A DNA stretch of 60,886 bases, the filler included, from Sphaerodactylus townsendi (Eukaryota), in the NCBI RefSeq assembly GCF_021028975.2. It is 5 parts of 4 records of this genome, joined end to end, with 100 filler letters (N's around TTAATTAATTAA, not from the genome) between each part and the next. Parts side by side here need not be neighbours in the genome. Positions count along the whole stretch, not along the records: positions 16,642 to 31,197 come from NC_059439.1; positions 31,298 to 51,119 come from NC_059426.1; 3 more parts are not named here. One strand, written 5' to 3'. The translations under genes and the position numbers were made by a program. The first letter of the stretch is position 1. Every line of letters begins with the position of its first letter. This document shows, in pieces, positions 25,858-37,636 of this stretch. The notes under the pieces are model-generated. The model was not told the origin of the DNA. It ran no database searches and saw nothing but the letters and a program-made list of their open reading frames with translations.

Positions 25858-28627
25858 TCTGTGTTTACCAAACATTCTTAAGCCAAACATTTAGATTTAT
25901 TAAGTTTGCCTGCTGACAGGACAGCGTGATGTGGGTAACAGTCATCTCATATTCAGTAAAAGGACACATTACCAAATAGAAGTACTTTTTCTGCCAAAAT
26001 AGAGAAGTCTCTTAAGGTTTTGTTCACAATTACATTAACAAATATACAAAGAAATAAACAATACACATTTGAACCGATGCTAAATAAAATGGTACCGACA
26101 GCTTTCATGTTTGTTCTATTAGTAAAGTTATATGTGTCAAAATTACAACTTGATTGACAAATATAGCATTGTATTTGTACCTCTTTACTATGGACTTGAT
26201 CCAAAGGTTCTGTTCTGCTAGCACAGGGGTCTGCAACCTGCGGCTCTCGAGATGTTCATGGACTGCAATTCCCATCAGCCCCTGCCAGCATGACCCTTGT
26301 GCTAGCAAAAGAGCCTTCTGCTAGTAGAACATGTCTTCTCCAGAGGAGAAAGATTCATGCACCAGAGGAAGGTTCCATAATGATAGAAACTTTTGTATCC
26401 AAACCCTTATCCAAGTTCACCATATGCAGATACCATCATCAAAACATATCCCTGGTTCCCCCCTCCCCCACATCTCTTTGTATTAAAGAAAAACATATTA
26501 GATTCTTGAACTAAAAAAAGGTTAAAAACTTCACTTTCCTACAAAGTCTTTTTTAAGGTTTTCAAGACATGTGGGGATAATGTGGATATTAGTCACATAT
26601 ACTCCAAGAATACTAAGGAAAATGGTGCCCAGCTTATGAATCTTAAGAGTGTTTTCCTTCCTCACAAACCTACGGGGTGTTTAACTGTAATATAAGTAAC
26701 AGCCCGCATGTGCTAAGCTTATTGCCTAATAGCATAGCCTAGAAGAAAGACTGATGAATGGGGAGAAGCTGGGGAGAGGTGATTTTGGTGTTCTATAGTG
26801 TTTCTAGCTGATTTTAGGCAACTAGGATAGTGATAACTTCTGCAGCTATGATAGTTTAAGGGCTGAATCCAACCAGGGAGAAGGATAAAACAAGGTAGAG
26901 GTAATAGGGTAACAGCTTTTGGTCTCTGGCACCTGAAGCAATTGCAGGAAGAAATGGCGGCTAATGGCATTTCTGATGAAAACTAGAAATGATTTGGGAA
27001 ACCTTCCATTTGCATAAATGGGAAATGACAACATGGAATGCTCTAGGATCTGCTCTATGTCCACACACTCTTAAATGCTATGACAGGCCTTAGAGGCAAA
27101 GTAAAGTGGGAAGCCAGAAGACTAAAATGGCAGCAGGCAGCTCATGGTCAAAAGCAAGAATAGAGACTCTAAAGTTACACCAATTGGGTAAATATGTCTC
27201 CCATCAATAAGCCAGCCTGACTTAGAAGGCTTCACGGGAGTCAGAGAGCATCAAATGCTTTGCGGTTGCCTTTAATAAAGTGGTGTCTTTGGTGATCCTT
27301 CATAGCACTGTGATGGATATATAATTGTGTGGTGCTCAGGGTCGGAGCGAGGGGAACTGAGCCCTAGGTGTGCATGTGCCCTGCACCCCTGCCATGTGCC
27401 CACCCCTGCCCATCCCCACCCCGGAATGCCCCCAGAATACCCCACCAGGCCCCAGCTGTGCCCCAGCCATGCCCCCGCACCAGGGTGCACCCGGAGCATC
27501 ACACACCCCACCCCATCCTGTGGGTTCTATGCTTCATAGGCTAAATTTCTACATGATAATTCAGGCAAGCTACAGTTTGTCCCACCTGTTTTCTTCATTA
27601 ATATTTAAAATGTGTGACATATTCCATTTAAGTGATCATTCAAAGATCATTCAATGAACCACATCACCCCAAGGATGCTTTTCAGTGTGTTCATACTCCA
27701 GATCTGGCTTCAGATTCCATTCATCTTTTTTTGCTCCCCTGGTTGATTTTTTTCAATTGCTATTATATCGATATGCTTGTGATAGCAGTTATATTGATAT
27801 TGTAGTCTTTTTCCAAAAAAAAATGACCCTTGCAAAAGAAAGAGGCAAAGCAGTTGCTTGAACTACACTCTGCTGAAGAACAGGATCATGTCCTAGAACT
27901 GATAACTCTTCCTGGTTTCAAATGATTCTCTGTTTATATTGATGTATCAATGTAATAATTAACAAAGTTAAAGTAACTAATCTGAAAAGGGAGAAAGGAG
28001 GAGACACAGCGGTGTGAGTGAGTGGGGTGGTGGTGGTGGGTGGAGGGAAGAGGGAAGAGGTCCGGGCCAAAGCTGTGCTCAGCAATTCACTCCCATTCTG
28101 GCAGTGAAGAAAATTAGTTACACTTGAAGTGGTGTTGCTTGGCATGGAGAATTGAAAGTGGGACTTGGGGAAGTACACCTGTTCAAGAAATCTTGAAACG
28201 GGCATTCGCCCCTGCTACACATCCTTAAACGTTCCATAAAACTTCTGTTTTGATAACTGTCAGCACACAAGAATCCACTTAGGCAAGAAAACATCTGTCA
28301 GAACTCAGTAGGACTTTTTTCTGCATAGATATGGACAAGATCACACCATAAGTTTTTAGTGTCTTCAGAATTTCCATATTACAATGGTTGGGCTGTAAGA
28401 TGCCTATGTCCACCAGTTGAATTCAAGATGGAAGCAACATGGATGTCAAAACTCGGTCATAGTATCTCAAATAATCTCATCAATTATTTTTCTTATTCCC
28501 TGAAATGATTAATAGATTAGTTGTCAGGAGACTGAAAGAACCTCTGAAACAGTCAATTTGGAAAGCTCTAAAAACAAGTGAACAAACAAACAGCTGGTCC
28601 AATGGATAGATGATATACAGAGTATCA

Positions 28628-29073
28628 GGCCCTTTCCACATGGGCCGTTTACAGCGCCCTAGGGACGGCAAAAACGCTGTCCCTAGGGAGCCATTCGCAT
28701 TGGGGGTGCAGCTGCTTCACAGCCGCGCCGCCCTCGCTCCTCCCCAGTGGCATAAAGCCGCCATCTTACCACCTTGCTCCCTGAGTAAGGTTTTTGGAAA
28801 ACGGCGGCTTCCAGTCGCTGCCATGCGAATGGCAGTGGCTGGAAGGCGCCATCCCTCCCCCCTTTCCTGATCGACTTACCTTCCCTGCGACCTTCCGGCA
28901 TGTTGCCGAGGCCTGGGGACATGCCCCCCCCCTGCCCTGTAACTCCGAAGCGGTCGCGCAGGGCAGGTGGCGTGTCCCCTGGCCTCGGCGATGTGCCGGA
29001 CGGTCACAGGGAAGTTACGTATGGCGACCCAACCCCCACCGTGGCTGTGCAGCGTGGCTGTGCGGAAGCGGCC
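28628..29073. mobile_element. non-autonomous PIF/Harbinger-like element
   Basis: TIRs GGCCCTTTCCACA / TGCGGAAGCGGCC, 3-bp TSD TCA, GC-rich insert in AT-rich DNA, internal inverted repeats. Confidence 0.7.
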
Positions 29074-29852
29074 TCAGTCTCATTTTAGAACACTTCCATG
29101 GTCTCTTTTCATCTAAATAGAATGCATTTTGAAAATTGCTGGTTTTTCTTGGTGAATATGTGCCTATGCACCACAGAAATTTTACAGAAATTCATTAAGA
29201 AGATAGAGGAATACAGGAGATTAAAAAGCTACTGTTCTATTTTGATTCTAGAGTTAAGCAAAGAAAACTAAAGTAGAGGCACTTTCACAAGTGCAGAATA
29301 ATGCTCTTTCGATCTACTTTCACAATTGTTTGCAAGTGGATTTTGCTATTTCACTGTGTTGCTTCTCAGCTTGAAAATCCATTCTGCCTCAACTTGAAGT
29401 AAATGCCTTCTCAGATCAATCCCTTTAAATAAACTTTCATTATATTTGTATAGGATACAGAACTTTAAATAGCATTTTCTTAATGTTTATTTTCAATAAA
29501 ATGTGCCATTAGAGGAGTATGCGTTTGTGCATTCTTTATTTTGGATTTATGTTCTAAAAGCCTAGTTTTTAAAGTTCTCATGGACATTCCCATGAGACCC
29601 TAAAGACATTGTAAAAGGTAAATACACTGTCTAGTTTGACATGTGGTAAAGGGTTCATTTGAATTCTATAAATGGATGTTTAAACTCTTTGAAGTTCATT
29701 GAAAGAGGGCAGGTTGCACAATGCCCGCAACAAAAATCCCCCTTAGTTATGGTCTTCAACATAGAAAAAAAATCTGTTTGCGTTCAAAAGCTAAAGCTGG
29801 CTAAATATCCCATATGAAAGGTATCATTTGAGCTCCATTTTTCAGGACAGTT

Positions 29853-30806
29853 CTAAATTCCACAAGGAAATGATCTAGTACTAATCAGTTTCCTCATTGC
29901 CAATTTCACTTCCTTGTTCCGCAGGCTGTAGATAAGTGGGTTGAGTGTTGGTGTTAAGATACTGTATAGAGCTCCCACAAGCTGGTCTCTCTCTAGTGAG
30001 TAGCTGGATGTTGGACGGACATAGGTAAATATGCTGGAGCCATAGAACAAAATCACAACTGTCAAGTGAGATGCACATGTAGAAATAGCTTTGTGACTCT
30101 GTCTTTTCTGTTGGTTGCTCAAAATGGCATGAAGGATGAAAACATAGGAGACTAGGGTAAAGAAAAAAGGGCTAAGCCCTACAAAGACACCCACTGTAAG
30201 AAGGGCAATTTCATTGACTGATGTGTCTGAACATGAGATGCTCAGTAATGGAGGGATGTCACAGAAAAAATGGTTAATCCTATTAGATTGGCAGAAAGAC
30301 AGGCGGAATGTGAGTGCTGTGTGGACTGACGCATTGAGAAAGCCACAAGTCCAGGACATCAGAGCCATCTTCAAGCAAATCCCTTTATTCATGAAGTTGG
30401 TATAAGTCAGTGGGCGACATATGGCAAAGTAACGATCCAAAGCCATAGAGGCCAGAAGAAATCCCTCTGTGCCCACTAAGGTGACAAGGAAATACACCTG
30501 TGCTTCACAGCCCAGAAAAGAGATGCTTGGAGATTCAGTCCAAAGATCTGTTAGAATTTTGGGTACAGTCACAGAAATGTAGCAGATATCTAAGAAAGAG
30601 AGGTTGCCAAGAAAGAAATACATAGGGGTTTGAAGGGTTTGATTTAAGAGAACCACCGTGATGATAAATGAGTTCCCTAAGAAGCAAATAGTATACAGCA
30701 TGAGAAAGATAACAAAGAGGAAACCCTTTCCTTGCTTGATATTGTCAAATCCCAGCAGCATGAATTCCGTGAAAGATGTTTTATTCTCAGAGTAAGGCAA
30801 GGTCAT
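29853..30806 (-). CDS. olfactory receptor (class II, OR5V1-like), 317 aa, intact
   Basis: ATG at 30806, just after a TTCAG acceptor at 30817-30818; NKT site, [68 protein letters not shown]. Confidence 0.96.
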   Translation of the reverse strand: MTLPYSENKTSFTEFMLLGFDNIKQGKGFLFVIFLMLYTICFLGNSFIITVVLLNQTLQTPMYFFLGNLSFLDICYISVTVPKILTDLWTESPSISFLGCEAQVYFLVTLVGTEGFLLASMALDRYFAICRPLTYTNFMNKGICLKMALMSWTCGFLNASVHTALTFRLSFCQSNRINHFFCDIPPLLSISCSDTSVNEIALLTVGVFVGLSPFFFTLVSYVFILHAILSNQQKRQSHKAISTCASHLTVVILFYGSSIFTYVRPTSSYSLERDQLVGALYSILTPTLNPLIYSLRNKEVKLAMRKLISTRSFPCGI

Positions 30807-31197
30807 GATGTCTAATCTGAACAATGCAAATAAAGAAGAGGATATTTAAGAAATTATTAGCATTGTGAGACTTTTGCAGTCGTTCTGCTATAAGGTTTTA
30901 GTTAAAGGCTTGAATATTACTTTAACAACTAAATATTGATTAACCCCTTTTTTCTGCACTGCAGCTGATTCTACACATCAACCATTTTATTTTGTACCAA
31001 AACTTTTATTCTTCATTTCCAGCCATCAGCTATTCTCAGGGACCATACATAACATGATGGTCTTTGCTGTCTAATAATAGCACTTTACTATTGTCCTCAT
31101 TCTTTGAACTTACTTCCAGACATAGAAATCTTATAAAAAAATCTTCCCTTCATTTTCATTTTAGGAATTACACTTGCATCTCTGGCTTTACATTTGT

Positions 31198-31297
31198 NNN
31201 NNNNNNNNNNNNNNNNNNNNNNNNNNNNNNNNNNNNNNNNNTTAATTAATTAANNNNNNNNNNNNNNNNNNNNNNNNNNNNNNNNNNNNNNNNNNNN
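31198..31297. other. artificial scaffold linker
   Basis: N44-TTAATTAATTAA-N44. Confidence 0.95.
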
Positions 31298-31440
31298 GTG
31301 GAGTCTCCTCCTTTGGAGGTTTTTAAACAGAGGCTGGATGGCCATCTGACAGGAATGCTTTGATTGTGTGTTCCTGCATGGCAGGGGGTTGGACTTGATG
31401 GCCCTTGGGGTCTTTTCCAGCTCTACAATTCTATGATTCA
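31298..31440 (+). mobile_element. CR1 LINE 3' end
   Basis: GGGGGTTGGACTTGATGGCC...ATTCTATGATTC CR1 terminus. Confidence 0.75.
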
Positions 31441-31503
31441 ACCTGCCCAGTTCAGAAAGTGCCAGAACCAGGGTTCCTACCGAAAGGTCCTTGGGAGCAT
31501 TAC

Positions 31504-31739
31504 CTTTGGCCACCGTTGATGAGAGAAGCGAGAGCCCGGCCGGGCGTGACGTTGTTCACCATGGCCTTCAATGCTCTGTCGACATCTTCCCTGATGAAGC
31601 TGTTCGACTCCCCGGCCTTGTGCAAAAGGACTTTTACTGTTCCATCTAGCTCCAGATCCATGCTCCTCTTCAGGTGGCTGAACAAGTCCCCCAAACAAAT
31701 GACTGCAGCTCGTGACACAATCGAGCGCAAATTCTTCAC
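31504..31739 (-). CDS. TOGARAM1: TOGARAM1 internal exon (third TOG region), antisense to the other TOGARAM1 exons
   Basis: VKNLRSIVSRAAVICLGDLFSHLKRSMDLELDGTVKVLLHKAGESNSFIREDVDRALKAMVNNVTPGRALASLINGGQ, with intact AG/GT sites. Confidence 0.9.
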
Positions 31740-32057
31740 CTGCGCATAGGAAAGAATCACATCAGCAAAAAAAAACCCCAAATTCTTCCTTGGAGAATTT
31801 CGAGGGCTGCCATATTGGTTTGCAGAAGAACAACAGATTTGAGTTCAGTAGCGTCCTAGGGGCTAACAAGGTTTTCAGATCTGATGAAGGAAGTTTGGAC
31901 TGTTGAAAGCTCCCACCTGCAAAACCTTATTGGTTTCTAGGGTGCTACTGGACTTGAATCTAGCCGTTCTTTCGTTTAAGAATTTTCCAAACTGAAAATC
32001 TAGAAGTTCCAAAACAGCTGGGGGACTGAGAATCGTATCTGCAAAACAATTACAGGG

Positions 32058-32710
32058 AATTTTCTCCTGACGTTTCGCCTGCATCTGTGGCTGGCATCTT
32101 CAGAGGATCTTCAGATGCCAGCCTCAGATGAAGGTGAAACGTCAGGAGAAAATGCTACTAGTACATGGCCATACAACCCAGAAAACCCACAACATCCCAG
32201 AGAACCAAGAACATAAGAACAAGCCAGCTGGATCAGACCAGAGTCCATCTAGTCCAGCTCTCTGCTTCTCGCAGTGGCCCACCAGGTGCCTTTGGGAGCT
32301 CACATGCAGGAGGTGAAAGCAATGGCCTTCTGCGGCTGTTGCTCCCGAGCACCTGGTCTGCTAAGGCATTTGCAATCTCAGATCAAGGAGGATCAAGATT
32401 GGTAGCCATACATCGACTTCTCCTCCATAAATCTGTCCAAGCCCCTTTTAAAGCTATCCAGGTTAGTGGCCATCACCACCTCCTGTGGCAGCATATTCCA
32501 AACACCAATCACACGTTGTGTGAAGAAGTGTTTCCTTTTATTAGTCCTAATACTTCCCCCCAGCATTTTCAATGGATGCCCCCTGGTTCTAGTATTGTGA
32601 AAAAGAGAGAAAAATGTCTCTCTGTCCACATTTTCTACCCCATGCATAATTTTATAGACTTCAATCATATCCCCCCTCAGACGTCTCTGTGAAAGCCTTC
32701 AACAATACAT
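32058..32710. mobile_element. Penelope-like inverted repeat (intact minus-strand hammerhead 32065-32107) interrupted by a CR1 fragment (~32208-32688, minus)
   Basis: The Penelope sequence resumes as GTGAAAGCCTTCAACAATACA after the CR1. CR1 ORF MIEVYKIMHG...RTRGHPLK and AAGAACAT tail repeats. Confidence 0.8.
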
Positions 32711-33164
32711 TAAAGGGAAGATTACTTTGCACAGAATTTTACTTGTTTTTCAGCCCACTGCATTCCACACATTCCACACCCAAGGCACGAAAAGCTGCCG
32801 CAGGTGCCTTTGAGACCTATGGTCAGAAGACTGGCCACATTCAAGACCATCCTGTGATTATGCAGAAGGAAATCTCAGTGGATTGTAGCCGATGTCTTGT
32901 AGCGGGTGGGGGGTGTCTTTTGCTTATTTCTCCCCAGTGGGCACTCTTGACCCTGGAGATAACAGTTCTGGGGGCAAAGGGAACCGCAGCAAGCTGGGAG
33001 AGGAGGAAAAGGCCTGTCCCACAAGCAGAGTTCACTGGATACACCCCAATGTGTGGCTGGGTTACTCCCAGAACTAGGAGCCTCCCTGTACCTACTTGGA
33101 AGAGCACATGGATGAGACCAGCAGGCCCAAATTACAGAAAGAAAACCAAAAAACCAAAAAAGAT

Positions 33165-33480
33165 TGTAAGGGTGGGGGCTAGAGCGCTCTCCCGGCCGAC
33201 TCGTCCTTGGTACGTTTCTCGAGCTGGGCTTGCTGCCCGGAGTTTTGACCTCGCTACGCTTATCCTTATCATGTATGTTTGAACCTTACTGTCTGCTTTC
33301 CTGTGTGAAACTATGCCTGAGAACTATGCAAGGGGGGAAGGGCAGTGCTCTCGTCTGTAAAAACGACGACTCTAGCCAAGGGAAGCCAGTTCTCGCATGG
33401 CGTGTACTGAGACCGTTGAAGCTTTGGAATAAACGAACCTTTGATGTTGCTTTGTTTCAAGTTCTTTGAAGTTCCTGACA
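33165..33480 (+). mobile_element. solo LTR, 316 bp
   Basis: TGTAAGG...CCTGACA termini, 5-bp TSD AAGAT on both sides, AATAAA at ~33428. Confidence 0.75.
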
Positions 33481-34799
33481 AAGATCAGCCAGAAACCAAA
33501 AGGTTAAGTATTTTATAGAACAATCCAGATCCAAGGACTGTGATGCGGTGGTGCCGCACCACCTCCAATGATGTTTCTGGAGGCGCAGGGAGGGGAAAAA
33601 ATACAAACACACAGCACACACACGCACCCCGGAATGCTCTCTATGTCCCAGGCTGGGGCCGCAGCACAACTGGCCACAAACCTGGGTGGAAGCTGATTAA
33701 TGTCAGCTCCATCCCCGGGAATGCCCAGCCTACACATGTGACTGGGATTTTTGGTTTTTGCCACAGAGTGCCCTCGGCTAGATCCTGTGACTAACTGGCC
33801 TCCATCTGGATTGGGTTGTACATCAAGGTGCAATTAATTCACATTCATCATTAAAAAATGGACAACTGATATTGCTTCCTGGATATTTGGAAAACCCTAA
33901 ATTTGTTGCAGGAGCACAGATTTTCAGCGCAATCCTAACCTCAGTCCACCCCCCTTGAATGGGGGGACAGGGGTCGACCCTGCTTTGGGTGGCCTCGTTT
34001 TCCCCTCCCCTGGGTCCTTCTTGGGGAGCAGGACCACATGGGGGACCCCAGCAGCACCACCTGGAGTTGCAGACCCCTCAGCAGCCCCACTGAGCTCCAG
34101 GGGCTTTCCTGGCGGATGGTAGCCTGGCTGAGTCCAGGTGAGAAAGACAATGTCAGGTTTCAAAGGAGTTATTACCTGCAGCCCTGCAAGGTTGCACTCG
34201 TCAGGGCTGTTTGATGGGGAGGCCGGGGTGGGTGGGAATTGTTTGCTTCTGCATTGGCAGGCAGGAGCGCATGGGGAAAGCCTTGCACATGGATCCTGGA
34301 AGGTTTACTTCAGAGTAAACCAGTGGAGGGTAAGCTTGTAGATTGTGAAAGGAAGGCCGGGATCATCCACAGCCATGGTTGTGGCGGGTTGCCAACTCCC
34401 GGCGGGCAAATCCCAGGACATTTGGGGGTAGATTCTCAGAAGCGGTGGCTTTGGGGACCAGGGCGGGGGCCATGCTCGCTGAGGAATATGGCTGTTGAGT
34501 CCATGGAAGACATTTTCTCGGGGGGGGAGGGGGGGAGAAGTTCAGCCCCCCCCCCCGGAAGTTGACAACCCCATTAAAGGCACCAATTTTGATCCACCAT
34601 CCAATTGGAATTTGAAGGGGTTCTTTTGAGGGGGCATAATCAGTGTCTTTCAACACAAGAAAAATGTGTGAAACGGGGGTTCTATTGCTGGTCATTTGAA
34701 TCATGTACAAAACATGCCTTTTTACCCCTCCCCCCCCTTTTTTGCTTTGATGGGTAAAAATGGGCCCCAAAGAAGGGAACTTCTCCCTGCATGAGAATA

Positions 34800-35133
34800 T
34801 ATACACTGTTATCTTCATTTTAGATGTCAAAAAGTATTTGCAGCTCCAAGTGTTTTCTTTTCCGTGGAAAATGGGTCCAAATGGCTCTTTGGATGTTAAA
34901 GGTTGCTGACCCTTGGCCTAGAACCATGGTGGCGAACCTTTGGCACTCCAGATGTTATGGACTACAATTCCCATCAGTCCCTGCCAGCATGGCCAATTGG
35001 CCATACTGGCAGGGGCTGATGGGAATTGTAGTCCACAACATCTGGAGTGCCAAAGGTTCACCACCATTGGCCTAGAAGCAGTGGTGGCAAACCTTTGGCA
35101 CTCCAGATGTTATGGACTACAATTCCCATCAGC
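34800..35133. mobile_element. three abutting hAT elements: one terminus ending at 34915, a MITE at 34924-35069, and a MITE from 35079 running into the gap
   Basis: TSD GCCTAGAA at 34916-34923 and 35070-35077; Charlie-like TIRs. Confidence 0.75.
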
Positions 35134-35768
35134 NNNNNNNNNNNNNNNNNNNNNNNNNNNNNNNNNNNNNNNNNNNNNNNNNNNNNNNNNNNNNNNNNNN
35201 NNNNNNNNNNNNNNNNNNNNNNNNNNNATCCAACCCCAGCACAATGCAGGAAATACACACCTCCCTTCCCCCCCCACCTCGCCCCCAGTGACTTCTGCTC
35301 CATGCCCAGAAGACTTGGCACCCTTGGGCATCATGCCGGGGGCCACTGGTCTAGAGTGAGCCAGAGACAGGCAAGAGTGACACATTTACTGTGGGAATCA
35401 CCTACGACTGACTTTTGTCTGGAAGCGGCACCTGACGACAGATGTGATCCAGCCAAGTTTTTTAACCACCACCACCCCCTCCGCCCCCCGGTACTTGGAG
35501 TGCTGATAAATATTTTGAGGGATATGTTTTGTAGGCACAAGAATTAATTGCTCAAAGCTCCCGCACTGCCTCTGCTTGTTCCTTTCCCTTCTGAGTCCAT
35601 TTGGGCTGCAGGTAACGGGTCCTTGGCTACGATCCCAATCCCTGTTTGCTACCTGGTGTTCTGATACTAGCAGTGTCTAGCAGGTAAAGTTCATCGCAAG
35701 AACGGTCTAACAGATGCCCAAGGACGTAGGTGGTTAGGACTGTGCAAGAGCAGGAAATCTCCAGGCCT

Positions 35769-36409
35769 ACTCCCAAACAACTTGCATATATGGTTAAGGG
35801 ATTATTCCCAAAATGTTGGCACTGTGGAGTCCGAGATGCACACTATAGCCATATGTGGATTGCATGCAAAGAAGTAAAAAGATTCTGGGAAAAGGCATTG
35901 CTATGGATAGAGAAATTGGTGAAAAATAGTGGAATTAAGAAATGATCTATTATTTATGGGAATAATTGATGACGAAAAAATAGATATACAATATAGAAAT
36001 ATGAATAAGACGTTGATTAGAGCAATATATGCAGTGATAGCGTTTGGATGGAAAGATGAGAAAAAATGGATGATTCAGAAATGGTTGGAATATATATGGG
36101 AACAAGTGACATTAGACATCTTTGAAATATTATCAAAGTATAAACCGTGGCTAGAAAAACAGAATGAAATAATGAAGATATGGACAAGTTATGAGAATTG
36201 GATGAAGGAGACGGGAGTCAAAGAAGACATATGGATAAGAAGACAACAACGAATGAACTTACTGCTGTTTGGTTAAAGAAAAGTAAAACATAATATTAGG
36301 GGAGGGTGGGAGGGAAAAAAAGGGAAAATGTATTGTTTGGAAATTATATCAGAAAGATGTAAATAGAACGATTATTTCAAATTATACTATATATATAAAT
36401 AAAAAGAAA
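35769..36409 (+). mobile_element. 5'-truncated L1-clade LINE (ORF2 C-terminal zinc knuckle and 3' UTR)
   Basis: KCWHCG...HMWIAC motif, A-rich Trp/Lys-rich ORFs, AATAAA and A tail, TSD CTCCAGGCCT (35759-35768, 36410-36419). Confidence 0.8.
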
Positions 36410-36452
36410 CTCCAGGCCTGACTATTCATCTCCAGTGCTTCTTCCTCAGCAG

Positions 36453-36633
36453 AGAAGGATATGAAATGACCAGGAAACTGGGCCCCCGAAACACCTTGGA
36501 AAGTGCCGAATACGTGAAGGTCATAACAGCTTCGCTGAACGCCAAGGACTTCCGGGAGCGGATCAGCGCCATCAGACAACTGTTAGCAGACACAGAGAGC
36601 AACCAGGACCTTGTGGTTGCAAACATTGTGAAG
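36453..36633 (+). CDS. TOGARAM1: TOGARAM1 exon, fourth from last
   Basis: EGYEMTRKLGPRNTLESAEYVKVITASLNAKDFRERISAIRQLLADTESNQDLVVANIVK; CAGCAG (NAGNAG) acceptor; AAG|GTAAC donor. Confidence 0.92.
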
Positions 36634-36830
36634 GTAACAATGGGCAGAAACTTCCTCATAAGAAAGGCAGGAAACCCAGAGATATTACCGTAACCCTCTA
36701 CACAGAACAGGAAATTCACAAACCCCTTCCCCCCATCCGCAAACCTTGCTCTCTCTCTGTCTGTCTGTTTGTTACGTTTTTACCCCGCCAAATCAGGGCA
36801 GCTTACAATAAAAGCATATAAAACAATATA

Positions 36831-37127
36831 GAAGAAGAAGAAGAGTTTTGGATTTATATCCCCCCTTTCTCTCCTGCAGGAGACTCAAAGGGGCTTACAA
36901 TCTCCTTGCCCTTCCCCCCTCACAACAAACACCCTGTGAGGTGGGTGGGGCTGAGAGAGCTCCGAGAAGCTGTGACTAGCCCAAGGTCACCCAGCTGGCG
37001 TGTGTGGGAGTGTACAGGCTAATCTGAATTCCCCAGAGAAGCCTCCACAGCTCAGGTGGCAGAGCTGGGAATCCAACCCGGTTCCTCCAGATTAGATACA
37101 CGAGCTCTTAACCTCCTACGCCACTGC
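36831..37127 (-). mobile_element. tRNA-derived SINE (Squam3-like), full length
   Basis: Reverse complement of the 15228 copy; (GAA)n tail. Another copy at ~40125-40410 (+). Confidence 0.8.
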
Positions 37128-37191
37128 GGTTGAAGCAGGTCCTCTCCACGAGGAAACACAGTGCCAGTTCTTGCGTGCCCTCTTTGTGCAG

Positions 37192-37411
37192 ATCTTTGAT
37201 GCTTTCAAGTCCCGCTTGCACGACTCCAACAGCAAAGTCAACCAGGTGGCCCTGGAGACCATGCGCCAGCTGATCCCCCTGCTGAAAGAGAAACTCTCCC
37301 CGGTCATCAACATGCTCATCCCTGCCTTGGTGGACAACAACCTGAACTCCAAGAACCCTGGCATCTACGCTGCGGCCACCAGCGTCATCCAGGCCCTTTG
37401 CCAGCATTTAG
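37192..37411 (+). CDS. TOGARAM1: TOGARAM1 exon
   Basis: IFDAFKSRLHDSNSKVNQVALETMRQLIPLLKEKLSPVINMLIPALVDNNLNSKNPGIYAAATSVIQALCQHL; AG/GT sites; phases consistent. Confidence 0.95.
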
Positions 37412-37461
37412 GTAAGGGTGGGCGGGGCTTTTCTCCGCTGTTGGTTGAGCTTCCTGAAATA

Positions 37462-37636
37462 TGTTTTGTTGAAGGCTTTCGCTCCTGGAATCACTGGGGT
37501 GTTGTGGGGTTTCCGGGCTGCATGGCCGTTTTCCAGTAGCATTTTCTCTTGCGGCTGGCATCTTCATCTGAAGGCAAAACGTCAGGAGAAAATGCTACTG
37601 GAACACGGCCATACAGCCCAGAAACCCCACAACACC
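37462..37636. mobile_element. Penelope-derived hairpin, internally deleted
   Basis: Inverted arms GTTGTGGGGTTTC / GAAACCCCACAAC. Further relatives at ~39590-39750, ~49070-49215 and ~58670-59150. Confidence 0.7.
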
